64,000 bases of DNA from Octopus bimaculoides (lineage: Eukaryota): contig NC_068984.1 in NCBI RefSeq assembly GCF_001194135.2, forward strand, positions 67,686,103 to 67,750,102. Direction: 5' to 3'. Numbering within the stretch: position 1 is the first letter of the stretch; each line of letters starts with the position of its first letter. The position numbers and the translations under genes were made by a program. Positions 36,652 through 51,411 of the stretch are shown here, piece by piece. The notes beneath the pieces are model-generated. The model searched no databases. It was not told the DNA's origin and saw only the letters and a list, made by a program, of their open reading frames with translations.

Positions 36652-39434
36652 TGTTAATGAATATAATACCATTGTATTATATTGTCAAAAGATTGTGGTT
36701 TGCAGTCAATAGAATAAATGTATTATACTGTATAAATACTAACCTCACAAAGATATAATGTAAAGCTATCCCCAATGAGATTTGAATGAAGAACCTAAAG
36801 TAGCATGACTAAATACTGTTAAACATTTACTGTACGCCACTACCCTGAAATATAATATCGATTTCTAACACGGGCGCAAAATTTCTTATTTAGGGTGTGA
36901 GGGAGTTGGGTATATGTGATTACAATTGACTCTAGCTCTTTGCTATTGCTTTATTTTATCGATCCCTGAGAGTGAATGAATGCCGCAAACTATTTTTGAT
37001 CGACTACCATTTTTTCATTAAATTCTCTCAGATATTACGATATTGACGTTAAATCTTACTACATTGTTCGAAGCACAACAAGATTTTTTTTTTTGAACGA
37101 AAATGTTTAATAAATTTTAGAGAAAAAAGAGAAATATAATTTTGAAATTTAAATATATTTTTCAGGATAGTTTTCTTAAAAAGCTTATTTAAAGATTACT
37201 ACCATAAACTTGAAATTAGGATAAATGTATTGATCTACGAAGTGAGACACATACGAAAATATCTACGTCAGATAATAATCTGTTTCTGTTATGTAATAAC
37301 ATCAATACATAGGTTATGATTGTTAACGGATTTTGTTCTATGTTTTGCTATCCATTCTCCGAAAGATTAAGGTAAATTGACAAAACATTTAATTGATAGA
37401 AAACAGAGTAATGAAACAGGTATTTTATAGCATATCTTGTTGCAGAATATGTTTCTTAACTTACATGTTTATCACGAATGTATAACTAATGTTTTGTCAC
37501 TAATTCGGGGATTTCAAGAAAATTGGTGTTTTTATTTTTATAAAAATATATCAATTTCCATTGTATGATAAATTTAAATGACTGACTAATACCAAAGAGA
37601 CATAAACTTTTTAAAAAATCACACAAGAAAAATATTTAATTTTAACAGCTATTGTATATAGTATGAAAAAAAAACTTGATATTCTCCATATTTCAGGATT
37701 TACAAAAGCAAATAATACTGGCATAGATATAACATTTCAGCGGATATCCATTTTTTCCTCTATATCAACGCTCCAGCATTCTAAGATAGAAAAGTGCTAT
37801 TTTCTTTTCTCCTTTCTTCACCTCTCCTCACTTAATGTATTTTATGATACCATTAAAAGAACTCTCGGCCGTTGTATTTGGCAGTCAGCAATAAAATTAA
37901 TCGATATTCTGTCGGGAAACCGGAATTAACGTGAGAAGTTCAATATCCGATTCCATTTGTAAACCAATTCACAGAAACATGGACTACTAGCATTACACCA
38001 CTGGAGTCTGCATGAAAATAAAATTATCGGATATTATTTCCTTATTGAAATAATCTTCTCCTAATTACAAGTGCTTTTCCATTATTCTATCTATCATTTC
38101 GCTTATGTCCTAGAACATTTATGCTAGTGATAAGCGTTAAATTTCGAAACTAAATGGAATTTTAAAGTTCTATTTCCCACTTACTTGAAAGTCAAGCGCT
38201 TTCTGATCAGCTTCAATGATAAAGCAGCATGAACTACAGTGAATCTTTGAAGATAACAAAAGAGTTAAACCAATGAGTGAATAGGAAGCAGAGATAATCG
38301 AAAACGTCGATTGTACGTTATTCATTCAAAGATAAAAGTATTACGCGTTATGCAGTTATGTCAAGAATTTCTGTAGCATGGGCTGCTATGTGTAACGACA
38401 TCTTTATATTGTTTGCTTAAAGACATGATTGAAGGTAATCAATTTAGCCTTGCTTAAAAGTATAATCTTACATAAATAAAATGATTTCTATTGACTAAAC
38501 AGAAATGCCAAATAAATTGAATAATGATATTCTGACTCAATATGTGCACGCACTTCAAGTATAGCATACAGGAGCATAACATATCAGGTAGATTGCTTAT
38601 TATATGTTTTAATAACTGTATGAAAACGAGATTATAAATTAAGCTATCTATTTTGTCGAAATAGAATCAAAGTCACGTCACAAACATTCTGTTATGCCAG
38701 AACTAACAATAATCCATACAAATTTAATTATTCAAACATGTGAAAAGTTTCTAATCAGTGAAATCAATTGAGGAGAAAATGTTAAAATCAACTTCTTTCG
38801 GAGCAACTGCAGCTAGTGTATTTGTAAATGTTTTTGAAGGCAACAGTAATAACATTGGTATATAGGAGCCTGTACTCCTATTTAAAATGTCGTAGTTCAA
38901 TCAGCCCAAACCAGTTACAACTCTGATTAAGATATTCATACAATGAACATATGATTTTTATTCAAGTGAGTGTAATCCAGAATGAATTATACAATATCGA
39001 ATTTTACTTAAAATAGTGCAATGGTGAAGATGTGACTGCTGTTTCTATCAGATCGAATGGTCAACTAGAGGCTTCCGCCTTCATTATTTCACTTAAACGC
39101 TAGAATTCCGATCTCGCAACAAATTCTGCTCACAACGTAAGAATCTACCCCCACTAGGCTAGAATATACGTATGGACGTCAGATTAATCCATTTCTACTT
39201 CGATAAAATATAAGACTTTGTGGCCAGTAGAAATAAATCAGTATTCCTGTATGCAGCTTCCTAGTTGTGTCTCCACTAAAGAAACGATTTGAAACATTTT
39301 AGCCATTTATTAATTATAGTTATTTGTAATATTGACTTTATAATACTGAACAACTGTTAAATATTTCTGTACGGGTCTGACACTGATCAATTTGGATCAA
39401 CCAAAATCGTTCGATAGTTGTACACCATCACTAC

Positions 39435-40004
39435 TTGGAGGCTGTCCTTAAAGCGGCTCGTTTCGGTCCCATCTTTCGCGCTTGGATCGCTGCCTTATAC
39501 AGCAGCATCCGCTCGGTAGTTAGCGGAAATGGTCATCTGTCCAGACCATTTAACATCATGCATTCGGTTCGTCAAGGAAGCCCTCTCTCGTCGCTTCTGT
39601 TTGTATTGACTCTTGAGCCACTACTGCGGAAGCTGGCGACGCTGAGAGGCATCCCACGAGAGCTGGGATGCGGGAGGAGCGTATCTGCATATGCAGACGA
39701 CGTCACAGTCATAGTGTCGAGCCACAAGCACATCGACCTGGTCGGCGAGACACTAAAAGAATACGAAGCGATGACGGGAGCAAAAATTAACCGGGAAAAG
39801 TCAGTGAGCTTGCGGCTCGGCACCTGGAGAAGCAAGCCTATGCCGTCCAACAGCATCTCCATCGTTGGACGCTGGACCGACGGACCGGTAAAATTGCTCG
39901 GAGTCTCCTTCGGTCTGGACCTCCAAATGGAGAAGAACTGGGGCGAAATGATGACTAGGATGACCACTCTCACCCAGCAATGGGCGAGAGGAAGCTATCC
40001 CTAA
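39435..40004 (+). pseudogene. LINE reverse transcriptase core fragment
   Basis: 189-aa ORF containing RQGSPLS and YADD motifs. Confidence 0.92.
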
Positions 40005-40759
40005 AAGGTCGGACGGAGGTGGTGAACGCGTACATCGCATCCGTCATCGATTACAATCTGACCGTCGTGCCTTGTCCCGACCCTACCATCAGCAAACTAG
40101 AACGCATACTCTTCCGCTTCTTATAGAACGGAAGCGTTCCAATGGTTAGGCGATCTATCTGCTGTCAACACCCGCTACATGGAGGGCTAGGCATGCCGTG
40201 GTTGATGATGCGCAGACGTGCGCTAAGACTGCAACATTTCCGGCGCTTCATAGACGACAGTGAACAGTGTTATCGCCGTTTGTACGACGCGCTTTTCCGC
40301 AGCTCGTCTCCTTGTCCGAACTGCAGTCATGGATCAAACAGAGACCGAGGCTAGGCGAATGGCACCACCAGTGTCGCGTTGCTCTCAAGCAACTCTGCCG
40401 TACGGGACCAAAATTGAGCGACTTCATTACAACAAAGGCGTTCTATAGAGGATTAGTGGAGGGGGGTGCGACGTCGTTCTTGGGCAGAATTTGGGCGTCG
40501 ACGAGGAACACCTGACCCGCCTGTTCAGGACAAGTTTCGGGCCAGGACCTATAGACAATCACCAAAATTTCTTGGCTTGGCAGTGCTATCGAGAAGCATC
40601 ACCCGTTCGGGATAAGCTCTACAGGCACGGTTCGAGACACACCAGACCGGCTTGCCCGATTAGCGATCAGAGCGACGAAACCGTTCTGCATGTACTCGTG
40701 CAGTGTCCAACCATTTCGGACCTGTGGGCTTATGCCGAACGGCTGCTGTCACGTGTGGG

Positions 40760-40978
40760 NNNNNNNNNNNNNNNNNNNNNNNNNNNNNNNNNNNNNNNNN
40801 NNNNNNNNNNNNNNNNNNNNNNNNNNNNNNNNNNNNNNNNNNNNNNNNNNNNNNNNNNNNNNNNNNNNNNNNNNNNNNNNNNNNNNNNNNNNNNNNNNNN
40901 NNNNNNNNNNNNNNNNNNNNNNNNNNNNNNNNNNNNNNNNNNNNNNNNNNNNNNNNNNNNNNNNNNNNNNNNNNNNNN
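40760..40978. other. assembly gap inside the LINE
   Basis: Run of Ns. Confidence 0.99.
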
Positions 40979-43253
40979 TGAAGGTGAGATTGGAGAGGCA
41001 GGTTTTGTCTCGTGAAAGTTTCAAAAAAAGGTGGTGCTTGCGAGTGACGAAACCACATTGAGCATGATCCTGTAAATCGAAAAAGGAGAGAGAGCACTTT
41101 GCTCTCATGTGTTTATTCCCTCCCTGCCTGAGGTTACCGTGGTCTTTTCCGTAGGCTTTTCTTTCCACGGATAAACCTAATCTTGCTTTTTACATCTTTA
41201 AAATTCTTCTGTGATATACGATTCCTTTTAATCGTCTTTTTTTTCCGCTCCCTTTTGTTCGAAATTTTACTTTTTTTTTCCATTTTCGAAAAGAAAAGCT
41301 GTACATTTGTATTTGTCCCCTCTGTTTTTAGCCCTGTATGGCCAATAAAGAATGTTATACCAATATGTCATTGCTCAACAAAAGCCATGCACGTTTTAAA
41401 ATTTTATTTCTAACAATATAACTTCAAAAAAGAAATACAGAAAAATAATATATATTAATATGCAAAAAATAATACTTTTATACTCAATATAGTAGTAGAT
41501 GAGCCCGTGAAAATTGTGAGACATAACAACTACTCTTGAATTCCTCTTACCATTTGAAATCTTTCATTCGTATTGTCTCTCTTATGCTCATTTCGTTCTC
41601 ACGGCTGAAATACACATTGCATTTACATTTTCTGCTCTTCTTTGCCACTAATCTACAGATTTGTTCAGCGACTAATCCCTCTTGTTCTCTTATTGGCTAA
41701 CATCATCTCTCACTGTTGATATTTTTTTTAAATTAAAAATATAAGAGGTTCTTAGTCTAGCAAACGACAATCTGCTTTAATTGAACATGAAAAGCAAACA
41801 CCTTCTCTTTCCGTCACCTTCCGGACAAAACCACAATCACTGCACCCACTAAGCAGCATCCTTACCTATAACTTCAGCACTTCAATAGCTACCTTAGTCC
41901 AGAGTATATATCGCATACGTATACGTGGGATTATATTATCTTTATAGTATACCGCATTTTTTTCTTACTGTGCATTACCGCATCGCACCACTAACACTCC
42001 TCTCCGTTCTCTTCTGCTTTCTACTCCACTCGGTATTGTATCTTTCCCTTCAAATGAAATCCTTCTATGATCCTGACAATGGTACATAGGTACAGACACA
42101 TTCATATCAGAAATACGTTTTGTATAATTTTTATAACGTCACGTTATTTTCTATCAGAATTTAATCTTTTTTATTTATTATCTTTATTTTTATTTTTTTT
42201 TTGGAAAGGAAGTGATAACTAGATAATGTTCGATGTAATGCAATCTTGTTATAATTTGGTAATTTTTTCTATAGTAGACTCATTATAGGAGAATCATTAA
42301 CAATTTAGATTTGTTACGACGAGATCTACTGGTTTCTTAGCGAATGTCATTTCTCAAAGCCTCGGGCTGATCAATACTCTGTGAATGATATTAGCAAGAT
42401 GAGAACGGTACAAAATCCCAACGGCTGGATTGTAATTGTAATACAAAAGGTAGAACATTCTCAAATACTGTGCCATACTGATCTTGACTGAAAATTACGT
42501 TAAAGGTACACTTTCTTGGTTTGTTACTTAATTCAGGAAGTGTTAATCCAGTTTAACAATCAATTGAACTTGTCGTGGTCAAGGTATGGAGATCCATTAA
42601 CTATTTTCGTTAAAGCTGTGGTCATTTATTTTCGTCTGTACCAAGCGAACCTTCAACAATTTCATTAAACCAGTAAGGTGGAAAATACAGGTACTTAAAA
42701 CAGCAGTACGCTACACTAGTCGTTTCCCTCTAAATGTATTGGATCCTAATATGTCCTACGCCCGAGTTGCTTCCGCTGTGATAAAATATATCTGGCAGAA
42801 TATTGAATCGAACCTACAACTTCTCTTGGAACAATGAACTTGCTCTTAAATTTTTTTAAGTCGCTATTTTATTTGTCCAATCGATAGTCAATCAATTCGA
42901 ACGAAATAAATAGAAACTGTTTTATGAATAAATAATTTTCGTTTCAGTGGGGGGCATAATCGATCGAGACGAACTCAGTAAACTAGTCGTACTATTTCAT
43001 GGATAGTCTAATAGTTGAACACAAAATAGAAATTCTTTAATTTTCTAACTGATTCCAGTCATTGGACTGCGGTCAGGACAGGGCACTGCCTTTGAGGGCT
43101 TTTAGATAAAAATATTAAGACAATATTTATTATAGCCTGAGGTATATTTTATAGTCTGACGAAATTTTCTCTTTGAAACAACATCTGCTTTTTGACTTGT
43201 GGTTTGGTGAGTGACAGAAAAACACAACCGCAAAATACATTATGCTATGCATG

Positions 43254-43285
<32 letters not shown>

Positions 43286-43857
43286 CAAATACATGTACAT
43301 GTATTTGTATATATATATTTATGTATATAATATACATGTACATATATGTATGTATGTATGTATGTATGTGTGCATGTATATATATATATATATATATGAT
43401 ATATGATATATTTGTATGTATATGTGTCTACAAAGAGATGTAAGAGTGTCTTTGCTATGTTTAGACTACACGTAGATTACTATATTCCAGCGTGGTGTTT
43501 AAGTGTTACTAGCTATGAAATATAGAAGAAATGTAAGAATAATTAAGATAAACATAAGTATACGTTTTACCATTAAGGTGTCTTGGAATCCTTGCATTCA
43601 GGTAGAGAGAACTATTGTATATATATATATTATATAAATATATACATGCATAGACACACAAACACACGCGCCGCGCATACACACGCACACATATATTTAA
43701 TGGCATGCTCCTGCTAAATTTCCTTCCCAAAGCACAGGTGAAACTGCAGATCTGGCAGAAGATACCAGGTTAACAGAATTCAAAACAATATGGTTGGGAG
43801 CAAAGTCACAGAAATAGTCTAAGCGCTATAAAGCATTGAACAATCGTTTCTGCTGCA

Positions 43858-44048
43858 GCCACAAGGCCTGAAATATGGGGGAAAGGGGGCGAATCGCCTA
43901 CATCGACTTGCGTACTCAACTGGAACTTATCCGAAAAGATGAAATACAAAGTCGACCTGGGGTAATTTGAACTGAGAACGCAAAAACAGGCGAAATGCCG
44001 CTAAGCATTTTACCCGGCATACTACTAATTCTGCGAGCTCACCGCCTT
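43858..44048 (-). mobile_element. SINE family A copy
   Basis: CACAAGGCCTGAAAT...AAAGTCGACCTGG...GCCGCTAAGCATTTTACCCGGC...GAGCTCACCGCCT. Confidence 0.85.
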
Positions 44049-44608
44049 TTATAAACTATTTAATAGCGACACGATTTATACCACTACCTTCACAGTTTTT
44101 TTTTACAAAAAACATTCTGTAAATCAGAATCTGATTTGGGAAAGCTGGATTTGAATAATCGCTAAATGAACGACCATAAAATCATTTCGTTATTTATGTA
44201 GTGTATACATATCCTACCGAAAGCAACTGTATTGTTTATTCTTCCGGGTTTACAAAGAAAGTACAAGGAGGGATTTAATTGACAATACACACTCTGCAAA
44301 TTTGCCAGTGTTCCCTACAAAACGGTATAGCTGAGTTTCGAGAATGTCAAATATACTTTTTACAGAGAATATACGTTCTAAAATTATTTCCGTCATATTA
44401 AATGTCAGTTTTTTGGAATCAATGTAGATATATCAACCTTTTACACGATGCCAGATATATGTAACGTAAGAGATATGTTACCAAAAATTAAAGAGATAAG
44501 TATAGTCATTTGTTTCAAAATATAATTTACAATTTATCTGCAAAAGGAATTCCATAATGCTTTGATATATAAACATACACATACGCACATAAATGTATGT
44601 ATATATGC

Positions 44609-44641
<33 letters not shown>

Positions 44642-44713
44642 TACGCGTATATTCATTCATACTTATAGTTATGCACACACACACACACGCACATATATAT
44701 ATACATATAGGTA

Positions 44714-44769
<56 letters not shown>

Positions 44770-45636
44770 TATATCTCTGTGTACGTGTGTGTGACTATTT
44801 CTATACGCTACTATTTGATACTGAAACACACAAAATCTGACCCATTGCGCTTTACACAAACACACACGCACACAAACACACACACACACGCACGCACACA
44901 CACGCACACGCACACACACACACACACATAGTAAATGTCAACTATGTGTTTTGATAAATTATCTCATGATGTCTGTGTTAATAGTCTTATCTCTAGCCAT
45001 TACAAGTGCTTAAATTTAAGCATGAAACATTCATTTTCAAGATAAAGGTTATATGTCTGGCATCCTCAGAGTTATCGTTTAAAAATAATTTTTGCCGGCG
45101 TTACGTTACGCATACTACTATGAGAAATTTTATTCTAAAATTGGTTTAGTACACTAGAATATTGATTTCAAGGCTACAGATTTGGGGTGAATGTTATAGC
45201 AATATTAGTATATCAATGTTCTGGTGTCGATATTGATCTCAAGAAGGATAGCAATTCGTCTCGTCGGAATTTGAAATGTAAATATAAAATGTATTTAAAT
45301 AGTTTTAAGTATCACCGTTCACTAATCCTCTAACTTTTAGCATATAAATTCCATTTTTGTTTTGGTAAACAGTGGCAAAAGTGCTAAAATTGTGGGTTTG
45401 GTGTTATAAGAACTGATATGTTGCTAGAGTGCGATGAAGAGAATTAGGTTAATTACTGGCATGGGGAAACTATGAAGATCCAATCTCCAGTTAAATCCCC
45501 TTTATATGCCAAGACAAGCATTGAAACAACAAGGTTGTAGTACCAATGGAATTATAAAATAAAATAAAATACAAAGAAAAAACAAACACAAATTGATTAA
45601 AAATGTTCTTTGTTTCCCCGCTCTTCTTACTGACAG

Positions 45637-45680
45637 CTCTGCTGCGGTCCACACTACATTCCATCACTATTAGCAATTGA
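45637..45680 (+). other. candidate 44-nt exon (LCCGPHYIPSLLAI)
   Basis: Long pyrimidine tract TTCTTTGTTTCCCCGCTCTTCTTACTGACAG with a branch-like CTGAC, and donor GTAAGT. Confidence 0.4.
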
Positions 45681-46263
45681 GTAAGTATCACCAACATACA
45701 GCTGTTGTTTCGATCCATTACATCCTTTATTCAACCGAGAGAAAATGTTGTCGTCTGGTTATCCTTCATAATCGATATATTGGTCATGAAATTAACATAA
45801 CAAGTTAAAATATCTTGGGCTTGACACTTGTCAAACGCACTTGGAGTGTATAGTTTTGACATAATTGTTCTATCCATACAAGACGGTGTATCAAGAAATG
45901 GAAACATGTAATATACGCAATGCTAATACTAATCCACTAGCTAAAAGGCTGATGATTAGTCGCGTAAAATTACTGAAACTGTTACAACGAAAAATTGAAA
46001 CTATATCGCGAAATCATTAGTTTTATACTCAAAGTACAATGGGGAATATCCAAGGTCATTCTGGAGACAATTGTGTAATCACCCTGCATGACGCCAGGCA
46101 GGTAGCCCTAGATAGTAAACGTGTTTTATCGGCGTTCTACTAGGAACATACACAACACTTAAACATTAACTTTATATATATATATATATATACTGAGATC
46201 GACGATATCAACAAATCACTTCCCCTTAAAAATATTAGATCTGTGACTGCGTGTGTCATGTGT

Positions 46264-46342
<79 letters not shown>

Positions 46343-48714
46343 TGCATGTATGCGTGTCAGTTTGTCTTTAAAAAGAGGCAGAAATATCACATTGTGTTAT
46401 GGTTATTCAATCTAAGAGAATGAAGTATTGTGACATTTATACTTTCCGAAAGTAGACTCGGTGAAAATGATATGAACTTGCGTCAAATGAGAATCAAAAC
46501 GAATCGCAGTTTTATCTAATATCTCCGGGGGCTCACCTCGTGTTGTATGGTATTCACAAGCAGAGCATACTAATGTATTAATTCAATCAAAATAAACCAC
46601 ATTATCAGTTGCGGAACTATAGAAACTTTCAGAAAACTAAATTTTGCAAGCTGAGATCTAAAGTTACATTTAGCGTGCCAGAAAAACTATCACTAAAAGA
46701 GCTTCAGGGATAAGTAATCTAATCTGATAGAACATATCAGGAGGGTTCTCTATTATAGATTTGCGCCTGCAGGTAGGTACAGAAATAGTTCTTTATCTTC
46801 AATACTTAGATTACATGCAGCAGATGGCATACAGACATTCACAGCACCATATTAAAATATCTTAAAATATATAAAAATAAAACTCCTTTATTCCTGAGAT
46901 AAATGTGCTTTAATGTTACCTAACAACGTAAAATATTAAGTCATAGGCGCTGATGTTCACATGGAAAATATAGATATTTAATAGTGAATCTTTGGAGCTG
47001 ATATTAGTCACATGATATCAAACGTGGATGGATTATTCCACAGCTGACACTCAATTCATGACACGAGAAAGTATGATTACTGATATATAGATATTTAATG
47101 AGAAGCAGTCCTATATTTAAATCAATTTAATTAGCAGCTTATGTTTTCCACATTTTCAATAACACTGATGATAAGGCAACTATCTCTGTCTACTCGAGCA
47201 TGGTCTGATTAATACAAATATAATTGGTGTAATATAGAATGCGTATTTACATTCTCGAGATGAATGCACTGAGCAACCAAATCTAGACGTAGTACTAATA
47301 TTTGAAACGACTGATATTTCGTATACCATGTTGCCCTGATGCCTCATTCTCACACTTATGTCAACATAACTGTAAATAAACGCTTTGAATAAATACTGAT
47401 TAGTTAAGTAAGTGATAAGAGCACAACTGTATAATTAAGGAGCGTTTTTGTTTTTCTGAAATTTACTTTGCACTATTGCATCAAGTTACTTAATCACCTG
47501 AAGCATTAAAGGAAGGATTTGAGATAGTGGAGTTGTCATTTTGATATACCATATATGTTACTAATTAGCTAACGTGTACCAATTCACTTCTTTTCAACGA
47601 TATGGTCACTAGAAAATGTCATTTAATGTAATAAGTCTGCTTGACGTTTCATTATTTTCTATAACTGTTCTTAGGTCATGTGTTTCATTCATCCTTTCGT
47701 TAGGGCAATTGTTTGAGATACTACGAGCTCAGGTTCGTCTGAGTTGACGTTTTCTTTCCGGGTCGACGCAGAAAGTACCATAAAAGCACTAATGGTGATA
47801 CAATCAACCACACCTACAGTAAATTTATTTGATCTTAGTTCTTTCTTAGAAATTAATATATATCTAAGTATCTGGTCTGTAAGTGTTAAGGTATGTCAAC
47901 TGCTGGGCTGATGACACTTATGAAGGCAGAAGCACATTCTTAATTCTTCTCATTTTGAGATGGTCGCAATTTTCACAAGGCGTTTATTTACTCTTCTCTC
48001 GAAGAATTAATCATGGTAAATCATTTATATTAATAATGATAAATTATTATTCATATGGATTTACATACAAGAAGAATTGCTAGTCGTTGAATGATGTCAA
48101 TACATTTGATTTCCAATTGTTTAATTTTTTTTTTCATAGGTTACATCTAATTTTCCTTTGTATCCTTTTTGTCTAATATTACTCACTCGCTAAGTAAATA
48201 AATTAATTGCATATCTACAGAAGTCTGCTCTCCCTTTTATCCGAATTTGTTTCCTCATAACGTCCTGGAAAATTTACACCTTTTAACGAAATTTCTATAA
48301 AAACATTTTAAATGGTTTCAAATATGTGTATATCGGAACTTGTCAAAAGGTTTTAAGGGGGTGGGTAAAAGATGCTTGGATAAATCACACACCTCGTCTG
48401 CGTTTCGTCATAACTTTCAGAATAATTTACTTTTAATGAAATTTTCTAGGAATATCTTTCAAAAAGCGTGAATAAAGATTATATCCGAACTTCCCAGGGA
48501 AAAGATTGTGCGTGAGTGATATTTGGCACATCTCATTTGTGTTTCCTTACATGCTTTGATGATGTAAATTACAATAATGTTTGAAAAGAATTCATTTTGA
48601 GAACCCATGCGGTTCCTGGTATTTTTGGTACACAACATGACCACGTAGAGGATGAGCTTATGTAAAGTATTTCAAGAAAGTGATTAAACCTGCAATAAAA
48701 TAACCATTTCTATT

Positions 48715-48850
48715 GTAAGCCGAAAGCCTGAAATATGGGGGAAGACGTCAGTCGATTACCAGTGCTTGACTGGTACGGAATTTGAATTCAGAACGTTATG
48801 ATGGACAAAATGCAGCATGGCGTGCTAACAATATTGCCAGCTGACCGCCT
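48715..48850 (-). mobile_element. SINE family A copy with internal deletion
   Basis: GCCTGAAATATGGGG...ACTGGTAC joined directly to GGAATTTGAATTCAGAACG...GCCAGCTGACCGCCT. Confidence 0.8.
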
Positions 48851-48994
48851 TTAGTTGCAATAAAATAATGAAAGAAATACGTATTCAATAAACGATGTTA
48901 GTATTGCACTAACCTTTCGGCAAAAATAATTTGTCAGGGAATTTTTGAGAAAGGGTGGAACAGTTAGTCAGCATAAAGACCTTCACCCGAGAAC

Positions 48995-49550
48995 AAAAAA
49001 ATAACAGATTAACCAGCCTGGTGGGTGTTAACAAGTGTATGGAAAATGAATGAGAACAAAAAATGCGCACTATCGACCCTGGGGGGTGTGGGAGGGACTT
49101 TCGGAAAATTCATAAGATCCAATTTTTCCGTCATAATTTCGGATAAAATGGATATATATTGATTTTGTTTATTGAATCCCACGTTTTTGGTTATGGAGGA
49201 TCCAATTCTGAAAAAAATATTTTCACAAATCGCATTTTCAAAATTTCAATTTCAATTTCCCCCTTCACTTTTCACTTTTTCGGTATTTTTTTTTTTTTTT
49301 TTTTTGCGAAATACGTAGAAAAATACGAAGATTACGATTCTGAAAAAAAATTGTTTGTAAAATTTCAATTTTTCAACAAGAAAAAAGAAAAAGAATATAT
49401 ACCCTCAGTCTTTCAAGCAGACTATCCACATGCTAGAAATAACAGCCAAATCTCACAAAACTGCGATAACATAATGAATTTTTTTCTTTTTTCGTATTCG
49501 TTTTCCACACACTTGTTAACACTCCCCAGGCTGGTTAATTTCGTTTTTTC
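48995..49550. mobile_element. MITE-like element with ~45-60 bp terminal inverted repeats
   Basis: ATTAACCAGCCTGGTGGGTGTTAACAAGTGTATGGAAAA (49008-) is the near reverse complement of TTTTCCACACACTTGTTAACACTCCCCAGGCTGGTTAAT (49501-49539). Confidence 0.78.
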
Positions 49551-50922
49551 AACATAATTCTAATCGACCTCATCGAAACGTATGAGGAAACCAGTTCCAG
49601 ATACGTGGAATTTCCGTCCTCTTCCCATATTTTACACATTAGATTTGGATATAAACGTAATCTACATTGGAAACGTATCTGTAGAAAATTTAATTACAAA
49701 ATATTTATTCTTTGCTGTTTAAGAAGCAAAGTCGGGTTGAGGGCAGACTTCTTTATCCATGGACACTTTCGTAGTAATGCTGAAGTATAAACAGAATTGT
49801 TAGAAAAAAACTTGTTATCTCGCAAAGTAGGATCAATAATTAGTTTTGTGATTGAATTCTGCACTTAAAGTCTTCAATAATAATAAAATAAGAACTACAT
49901 TTTGAATACAAATGTATAACAAATGTAATTTATAAAGATCTTTACGATAACGAAGACTTTCATAATTGTTTTCTTTATGTAAAATGTACACATTCCAGTT
50001 TAATTCCTAAGCAGCTTTCTTTAGTATAGTGTAGATCCATGCCACTGACCATTCAAATATTTCTCGTAGCCTTTTTTTCATTACACACACACACACACAC
50101 ACACACAGACGCAGCACGAGCGCACACACATACACACATACACACACAGACACAGCACACGCACGCACACACACATACATGGATGTTTAATATGCATTTG
50201 CATGCAGAATAAGTAATTTTTCCCCTCTAAATGAGTGTAACCATATCTTACATAAGCATAAAGCAATCAGTATATGAAAATGAACATTAATAAATGACGG
50301 AGCAGATTAGAGGAGGTATATGTGCTCAACTTATGTGTGTATCAGTTATGAAAGCAGTAGCCAAACAAATATAAATTAGCAATCATTAAAACACTTTATA
50401 GAACCACTTACGTTTTCTAACAATACATTACAATACAGTACATTATCGTTAATGAAAATTTCATGTCTCAAACAATAGTCTTTTCCTTTCCTTCGCCATT
50501 TTTGTTCTCTATCTAAAAGTCAATTATTCTAGCACCATCCTTATTACCTTACTTATAGCTCTCATACTCTCATTCCCTTTCGTCACTCTATTCAACTCAT
50601 CTGCACAGCACACTCACGATTTTGATTTTCTAATAAAACATGCCAATGACTCTCATTAACTTTCCTTCCATCCTCTACTTTATCACCAATCTGCTGTCTG
50701 AGTTATGATCTCTTACAGGTCAGAATATTTCTAACTTATTTTTTCTTCTTTCTCATTGTATGCTAACGACCACTATTTTAACATCGTATTTAATGTTTTT
50801 TTCCTTCCGACACTCATCTGTCGCCTACAAGAAAACAAGAAACTGTTGCGTACAATACTGTCCAGATCTTATCTACACTCACACAGAGACACTCACAAAT
50901 ACACTCAAATATATATGTATAC

Positions 50923-51411
50923 GTTTACGAATTTGTGTTGCAAGACTCTTGATGTGAAATTGCTTCATCAAACAGATATTGTATTTCGGGATGGTCAGAT
51001 TTTTCATTCTTTTTGCCAAATAAATACACGCACTATCTATTTGTTCTTCACTCGTTTATTACTGTTCATATTGAAACTCATGTCCATTGTCCGGAAATCT
51101 TTCGTCACACATCTGTGACCTCTCCAGGGACACTTTTCGTCTTTGTGTGTGCTCTTGCTCCACTTACATCATTATTTTATGATGTGTATCTTTATGTGCG
51201 CATGCGTTTGCGTCAGTGTGTGTGTATGTATGCTTGTGTGTATGTCATTGTTCAGTTCCTGTATTTATATGTAATTGTGTATTCGCCCACGATGTTGCCA
51301 TCGTGCACATGAGTTAGAATAAGAACAGTAACAAACGAGTAAAGAGCAAATATATAGTACTTGTGTTTATTTGACATAAAAAAAAAACATGACCATCCCG
51401 AAATACAACAA
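50923..51411 (+). mobile_element. inverted-repeat element, copy 1
   Basis: GTATTTCGGGATGGTCA (50981) and TGACCATCCCGAAATAC (51390) bound ~110-bp imperfect arms. Shares a 5' leader with copy 2. Confidence 0.8.

Larger units (their letters stand above)
39371..41352 (+). mobile_element. 5'-truncated L1-clade (Tx1-like) LINE, ORF2 RT to 3' UTR
   Basis: LINLDQ.K.FD, VRQGSPLSSLLFVL.LEPLL, YADDVTV, GAKINREKS, RKLSLKGR, GGLGMP and a C-terminal CP...ETVLHVLVQCP knuckle. T-rich 3' UTR with AATAAA at ~41344. Much higher GC than flanks. Interrupted by frameshifts, a stop and a gap. Confidence 0.93.

Noticed and set aside
41800-42060. Pyrimidine-rich stretch possibly an antisense LINE endonuclease relic (similar at 50440-50720)
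   Set aside because: Too degraded to show any diagnostic motif.
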